From: an uncultured Gammaproteobacteria bacterium
GTDB taxonomy: Bacteria; Patescibacteriota; Microgenomatia; UBA10105; UBA927
Direction of reading: 5' to 3'
Length of the DNA stretch: 64,000 bases
Assembly (NCBI GenBank): GCA_964394685.1
Contig: CAYMYO010000001.1
Location: 64,040-128,039, forward strand
In this document: positions 59,808 to 64,000 of the stretch, in pieces
Layout of the letters: each line of letters starts with the position of its first letter
Position numbering within the stretch: the stretch's first letter is position 1
Position numbers and translations under genes: made by a program
Notes under the pieces: generated by a model
Told to the model about the DNA's origin: nothing
The model's database searches: none
Seen by the model: the letters and a program-made list of their open reading frames with translations, nothing else

Positions 59808-60185
59808 TCAACCGTGGGATGCTGCACTTTTAATTAATCCGTTGATAAGTTTATGAACCTGAACGGTTTGTTGAGCAATAGATTGAAAAAGTTCACTTTT
59901 GAGATATCCCAAGTCTCTTGCTATAACAAGTTGATTTTGTATTTCTGTTGTTGATCCAAGCGCCATGTAATAAAATTGAACCTTATCTTTTCTTGTTCTT
60001 CTGGAAAATCCTTCTGCAATATTACTCGTTATTGATACCGAAGCACGCTGCATTTGGTTAGTAAGAGAATATGTTTGATGATGAGGAAATTCAAAAGTTA
60101 TTTTATAAATGTTAAGAACAAGTGCGTGCCCTTCTTTCCATGCGGTAAGATCTGTAAACGATTGAATTTTTGTTACATTACTCAT
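59808..60185 (-). CDS. Four-helix-bundle protein (23S rRNA intervening-sequence protein family, PF05635-like)
   Basis: The sequence FTDLTAWKEGHALVLNIYKITFEFPHHQTYSLTNQMQRASVSITSNIAEGFSRRTRKDKVQFYYMALGSTTEIQNQLVIARDLGYL matches the family consensus (W..a..l.l.iY.....FP..E.ygL.sQ.rRaavSI..NIAEG..R....). The ATG at 60185 is preferred over the track's upstream TTG. Confidence 0.8.
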   Translation of the reverse strand: MSNVTKIQSFTDLTAWKEGHALVLNIYKITFEFPHHQTYSLTNQMQRASVSITSNIAEGFSRRTRKDKVQFYYMALGSTTEIQNQLVIARDLGYLKSELFQSIAQQTVQVHKLINGLIKSAASHG

Positions 60186-60747
60186 TGTAGCCAGGATAGA
60201 TAACAATACATTTATCTTTTGAAATGTGAAGTTTTTCAACAACGTCCTTTTTTGTTGCTTCGGAATCGCACAAAAATAAAGAACACTCCTTTTTTGCGTA
60301 ATTCAGTCGTCTTTCTTGAACTGATTTTATGATTTCAGGAAAACTATCTGGATGGATAAGAAAGCTGACGTCGTGAATAGTTGTCATTCCAATGGTTTTT
60401 TTTGGGATAGGCGGTTGTGTCCAGTCGCTTGACCAAAAAATATCAAGCGGACCAGTAAACCAAGTAATTGGAATAATGTGGAGTGTATTCCAAAGAATAT
60501 CTAAGATCGTTGGTGGAATTGGTGTGTAGACCAATCGCACATTTTTACTTATTTTTTTGAGTTTTTCGCTAAATTCTTGTAATTTTTTCTGTTGTCGTAG
60601 AGTTGCGCCAAAAAGAACATACGTGTTGCCCGGGGCAAATTTGATCATTGCTTCTGTCATCTGTTCGACATACCGGGAAACACCGGTTCCGGTGAAAACT
60701 ATTTGGCTGATGTCAATGCCGATGGTCATATCTGTAGTATATCTCAT
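60178..60747 (-). pseudogene. GT4 glycosyltransferase, N-terminal (Glyco_trans_4) domain only, truncated before the donor-binding domain
   Basis: It is GT4 N-domain-like (IGIDISQIVFTGTGVSRYVEQ...TIHDVSFLIHPDSFP...ATKKDVVEKLHI...VIYPGYNE) and then stops. The downstream sequence encodes an unrelated four-helix-bundle protein, so no EX7E C-domain is present. Confidence 0.6.
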
Positions 60748-60749
60748 CC

Positions 60750-60784
60750 ATACTTTATACTTAATACCTAATACATTATACTCA
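60750..60784 (+). repeat. Heptad array R3: ATACTTT ATACTTA ATACCTA ATACATT ATACTCA, filling the 41-bp divergent gap
   Basis: Direct reading shows ATAC at 60750, 60757, 60764, 60771 and 60778. The minus-strand reading contains a perfect TATAAT. Confidence 0.85.
60750..60784. promoter_or_regulatory. Candidate bidirectional promoter formed by heptad array (-10-like TATACT on +; TATAAT on -)
   Basis: This is the only non-coding sequence between divergent start codons at 60747(-) and 60789(+). The hexamers arise at heptad junctions. This is inference only. Confidence 0.3.
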
Positions 60785-60788
60785 AGCT

Positions 60789-61970
60789 ATGGTTATTGCT
60801 ATTGATGGCTATGAAGCAAATGTTGAAAATCGAGTAGGTATCGGCCGGTATGCGTATGAAATACTAAAGCATATATACAAAATACGATATACAAAATACG
60901 ATATACAAAATACCAATTTCCGTATTTACCTCCCGGAGAAGCCACTGCCGGATATGCCCAAAGAAACAGCGTGGTGGACATACCATATTGTGAAACCAAA
61001 GAAATTATGGACCTTTATTGGATTTCCATTAGCTCTTTTCAGGGATACGCCCAAAGCTGACGTAGTGTTTTCTCCCACGCACTATATTCCTCGGTTTGTC
61101 ACTACTCCTCGTGTTATGTCCATCATGGATTTGTCGTATTTATCGTTTCCAGAGTTATTTAAAGCGAAAGATCTTCACCAATTAGTTCATTGGACACGAT
61201 ATGCAGCTAGTCATGCAAAACTTATCTTCACAATCAGCGAATTTAGTAGAAATGCTATAATTAAGGCATACCGGGTGAACCCGAAACATGTCGTTGTGAC
61301 CTACCCGGGACTGACGGAAAAAGTATCAAGTATCAAGTATCCCCGCCTGCCGGACGGGCAGGAAGTATCAAGTATGGAAATTACAAAAAAATACGCAATT
61401 GCAAAGCATTATATCCTCTCAGTAGGCACAATTCAGCCACGAAAAAATTATGAACGCTTAATTGAAGCATTTGCACTGTTTTTGCAAAAAAACAAGCAGA
61501 AATTTGGAACGATTGACCTCGTGATTGTAGGCAAAAAAGGGTGGCTGTATGATGAAATTCTTCATGCTCCAAAGCGATATGGCGTGGAAAAGCTGGTAAA
61601 ATTCTTGGATTTTGTGCCTGATAATGATTTACCGGCTCTTTACAAGAATGCATTGTGTTTTGCACTTCCCAGCCTCTATGAAGGGTTCGGATTACCGGTT
61701 CTTGAGGCTATGGCACAAGGATGTCCTGTCGTTGTCAGCAATAGCTCTAGTCTTCCTGAGATAGCAGGCGACGCTGGAGTTTATGTAAATCCAGCTAGTG
61801 TTGAAAGTATTGCGAGCGGGCTTTTAACAGCAGTTCGACAAAGAAACCTGATGCAAGGGAAAATTCGTGTAAAAAAAGGACTTGAGCAAGTTTCGAAATT
61901 CTCATGGGATAAAGCAGCGAAAGAGACAATAGATCTTCTCGAACGTGTAGGGAAAGGAACATTGATATGA
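60789..61970 (+). CDS. Glycosyltransferase family 4 (contains two in-frame heptad arrays)
   Basis: The N-terminus [25 protein letters not shown] is GT4-like, and the EX7E block [30 protein letters not shown] is present. Confidence 0.85.
   Translation: MVIAIDGYEANVENRVGIGRYAYEILKHIYKIRYTKYDIQNTNFRIYLPEKPLPDMPKETAWWTYHIVKPKKLWTFIGFPLALFRDTPKADVVFSPTHYIPRFVTTPRVMSIMDLSYLSFPELFKAKDLHQLVHWTRYAASHAKLIFTISEFSRNAIIKAYRVNPKHVVVTYPGLTEKVSSIKYPRLPDGQEVSSMEITKKYAIAKHYILSVGTIQPRKNYERLIEAFALFLQKNKQKFGTIDLVIVGKKGWLYDEILHAPKRYGVEKLVKFLDFVPDNDLPALYKNALCFALPSLYEGFGLPVLEAMAQGCPVVVSNSSSLPEIAGDAGVYVNPASVESIASGLLTAVRQRNLMQGKIRVKKGLEQVSKFSWDKAAKETIDLLERVGKGTLI
60875..60916 (+). repeat. Heptad array R6: (ATACAAA ATACGAT)x2 ATACAAA ATACCAA, 42 bp in-frame within GT4 (encodes [14 protein letters not shown])
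   Basis: Direct reading shows ATAC at a 7-nt period six times. Confidence 0.8.
61323..61378 (+). repeat. Heptad array R5 (GTATCAA GTATCAA GTATCCC | GC-rich hairpin | GTATCAA GTATGGA), 56 bp in-frame within GT4
   Basis: Direct reading shows the 7-nt phase conserved across the GC-rich insert CCCGCCTGCCGGACGGGCAGG. That insert has a 6-bp stem CCTGCC/GGCAGG and a 5-nt loop. The array encodes [18 protein letters not shown]. Confidence 0.8.
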
Positions 61971-62566
61971 GAATACTTATTGATTTTTGGGTGTATCTAG
62001 CAACCCTGACGGGATATATACCAAGTCATACAATACGACTATTTTTGTATAGACATCTGTTTCGGATGCATATAGGAAAAGATTCATCAATTCATTGGAG
62101 AGCCGAGTTTAATCAGCCGTCGGGAATTGAAATTGGTCACAACACTATTATCGGCAACGACGCTTTTCTAGATGGACGATATGTTCGTGACTGGAAAGGA
62201 AAGAAAAAATCAATCCTATCCTATAGCCGTGAATTTATTAGTCCTATAACACGACCACTTCGAATTGGAAATAATGTTTCAATTGCCGGAGAAGTGCGTA
62301 TTTATACGATGGAACACGATATTGATACACCTGATTTTAAGGAAATTGGTGCTCCCGTTGTCATTGAAGATTACGTTGTTATTGGATCACGAGTAACGAT
62401 CCTTCCAGGAGTCACCATTGGAAAAGGAGCAGTTATCGCCTCGGGGGCAGTCGTCATCAAAGATGTGGAGCCGTACGCGGTTGTAGGAGGAGTCCCTGCT
62501 AAATTTATTAAAGAGCGATCCAAAAATCTTACTTATACCTTAAAATTTGCCCGTTTGTTTCAATAA
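61967..62566 (+). CDS. Hexapeptide-repeat O-acetyltransferase (WcaF/maltose-acetyltransferase-like)
   Basis: The sequence [15 protein letters not shown]...[15 protein letters not shown]...[31 protein letters not shown] is an LbH-fold hexapeptide repeat. The start overlaps the upstream stop in ATGA fashion. Confidence 0.8.
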   Translation: MRILIDFWVYLATLTGYIPSHTIRLFLYRHLFRMHIGKDSSIHWRAEFNQPSGIEIGHNTIIGNDAFLDGRYVRDWKGKKKSILSYSREFISPITRPLRIGNNVSIAGEVRIYTMEHDIDTPDFKEIGAPVVIEDYVVIGSRVTILPGVTIGKGAVIASGAVVIKDVEPYAVVGGVPAKFIKERSKNLTYTLKFARLFQ

Positions 62567-62575
62567 AATCATTCT

Positions 62576-63442
62576 ATGAATCTTTCTATAGTCATCGTTA
62601 GTTTTAATACAGTGAAATTGACCGATGATTGTTTGTCATCGGTTATCAAAAGTTTAAAGGGGTCAGATATTTCCTATGAAATTATTGTTGTTGATAATGT
62701 CTCTACAGATGGGACGAGAGAGATGCTCGCAAAAAAATATCCAAAAGTCATAACAATACTAAATAGTGATAACGTTGGTTTTGGACGAGCAAATAATCAA
62801 GGAATACGAAAGGCCAAAGGGGAATATATCTTGCTTCTTAACTCTGATACCTTAATTCCAAATCACGCAATTAATAAATTGTATGAATTTACAAGAAAAC
62901 ACCCAAGATCGTTTGTCGGACCAAAGCTACTTAATATGAATAGGACTCCTCAAACATCTTGTGGACCATTCTTTAGTTTGCCAGTTGTAATAGCATCACT
63001 TTTTTTAAGAGGGGATGTCATTGGACTTACACGCTGGTCACCGAGAATTTCGAAACGTGTTGATTGGGTATCAGGAGCGTGTATCATGGCAGCAAAGAAA
63101 CTTTTTATGGATAACCTTCTCTTCGATGAGAAGATTTTTATGTATATGGAAGAGATAGATCTACTTATGAGAGCAAAGATGAAAGGGTATGGAACGTACT
63201 TCTATGCAGGAAGCCCCATTATCCATCTGGGTGGAGGAAGTTCAGTAAATAAGCGGACAGGACCAGTGCTAAATATATATAAAGGTCTTATGTATGTGTA
63301 TAACAAGCACAATTCTAAACGGGCGTTGTCTATGTTGAAGTTTCTCCTTCGACTAAAAGCACTAGTATTAATTGGACTTGGGATTGTTATCGGAAGCAGG
63401 TATTTAAAAACAACATATGCAGAAGCTCTTAAACTGGTGTAA
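62576..63442 (+). CDS. Glycosyltransferase family 2
   Basis: The N-terminus LSIVIVSFNTVKLTDDCLSSV...IIVVDNVSTDGT...NVGFGRANNQG...LLNSDT is GT2-like. The DxD is in MEEIDLLMR. Confidence 0.85.
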   Translation: MNLSIVIVSFNTVKLTDDCLSSVIKSLKGSDISYEIIVVDNVSTDGTREMLAKKYPKVITILNSDNVGFGRANNQGIRKAKGEYILLLNSDTLIPNHAINKLYEFTRKHPRSFVGPKLLNMNRTPQTSCGPFFSLPVVIASLFLRGDVIGLTRWSPRISKRVDWVSGACIMAAKKLFMDNLLFDEKIFMYMEEIDLLMRAKMKGYGTYFYAGSPIIHLGGGSSVNKRTGPVLNIYKGLMYVYNKHNSKRALSMLKFLLRLKALVLIGLGIVIGSRYLKTTYAEALKLV

Positions 63443-63461
63443 GGATAATCTATTGTACGTA

Positions 63462-64000
63462 ATGACGCTCTTTCTACTCGCGTTTATTCCCTTGTACCCA
63501 AAATTACCGCTTATTAATATTATTCGAACGTGGGTATATATCAGATTAGAAGATTTTTTGATTGCTATTGCAGCCATTATTTTAGGAATAATTTTTTTCC
63601 GTGAGAAACGGATATCTAAATCACCACTTACGATTCCCATTGTTGTATATTGGATCGTCGGAGGAATATCTCTTGTCAATGCGCTTATTTTTATATTTCC
63701 CCATGTAACTAGTTTATTCCCACACTTAGGGATTCTTCATTTTGCCAGGCGTATTGAATATATGATTGTTTGTTTTTTGGCCTATGAAGCATTTCGGAAA
63801 AAACCAGCATTACTTCCGCTTTTATACACCCTTGTAGGTTCTTTTATCCTTGTAGTTTTGTACGGATTTGGACAGAAGTTTTTGGGGTTCCCGGCGTTTC
63901 TTACCATGAATGAAGAGTTTGCAAAAGGAGTGCCATTGAGGCTTCCTTCAACAGCGCGGTTTCCTTCGACATTCGGAGGACATTATGATTTGGCAGCGTA
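63462..64000 (+). CDS. O-antigen ligase/polymerase-like polytopic membrane protein (Wzy_C-like), 3' end outside window
   Basis: The frame is open from ATG 63462 to the window end. The translation MTLFLLAFIPLYPKLPLINIIRTWVYIRLEDFLIAIAAIILGI...RRIEYMIVCFLAYEAF shows a TM pattern typical of the WaaL/Wzy family. It is not in the ORF track because it runs off the window. Confidence 0.55.
   Translation, partial: MTLFLLAFIPLYPKLPLINIIRTWVYIRLEDFLIAIAAIILGIIFFREKRISKSPLTIPIVVYWIVGGISLVNALIFIFPHVTSLFPHLGILHFARRIEYMIVCFLAYEAFRKKPALLPLLYTLVGSFILVVLYGFGQKFLGFPAFLTMNEEFAKGVPLRLPSTARFPSTFGGHYDLAA

Noticed and set aside
59575-59856. 93-aa + strand ORF (TTG start) overlapping the galE 3' end and heptad array R4
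   Set aside because: It is out of frame with galE. Its Arg/Gln-rich low-complexity product is largely a translation of the repeat, with no independent support.
63404-63679. 91-aa minus-strand ORF at the window end
   Set aside because: It lies antisense to the GT2 stop region and to the open-ended + strand O-antigen-ligase-like CDS, which has a convincing TM pattern.

Overview
The window is a 64-kb, low-GC, gene-dense stretch with almost no intergenic space, many ATGA-type start/stop overlaps, and no room for tRNA, rRNA or CRISPR genes. It is essentially one very large cell-envelope glycosylation and polysaccharide locus. The compact overlapping genes and low GC suggest a small-genome bacterium, possibly Patescibacteria/CPR-like, but I cannot verify this.

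Content of the locus:
- At least 20 polytopic membrane proteins of GT-C-like families:
  - ArnT/PMT-like proteins with a D-E loop motif.
  - A second family with a [FWY][DE]Q motif.
  - YfhO-like proteins.
  - Membrane proteins related to the PTPS-related PF10131 family.
  - A PIG-V-like protein and a DUF2029-like protein.
  - Three giant 540-730 aa paralogs.
- Two DPM1-like GT2 polyprenyl-phosphate-sugar synthases and a Wzx-like flippase.
- About ten GT2 and GT4 glycosyltransferases.
- A nucleotide-sugar tailoring toolkit:
  - Three DegT-family aminotransferases.
  - A WbpB-like oxidoreductase and two hexapeptide acetyltransferases.
  - A WecB-like 2-epimerase.
  - Fcl-like, UXS-like and GalE-like SDR enzymes.
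  - A NodU-type carbamoyltransferase, methyltransferases, and a thiolase plus reductase plus ornithine-carbamoyltransferase trio.

Most genes are on the + strand. Minus-strand exceptions are 5487-9606, 36306-38141, 38974-39948 and 59808-60747.

Unusual sequence-level features:
- A dispersed family of 7-bp-periodic ATACNNN heptad arrays occurs at eight or more sites, mostly inside coding sequence.
- Two inverted copies of this array bracket a 1-kb minus-strand segment that carries a truncated GT4 gene and a four-helix-bundle (23S rRNA IVS-family) gene.
- One array inside a GT4 gene carries a GC-rich hairpin embedded in phase.
- A DUF2029-like gene is split by a single in-frame TAG and also contains a (CTTACTG)4 tract.
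- A membrane protein contains a perfect 39-bp x3 coding tandem repeat.

Repeat coordinates read from the printed sequence may be off by 1-2 nt. ORF coordinates follow the supplied track.
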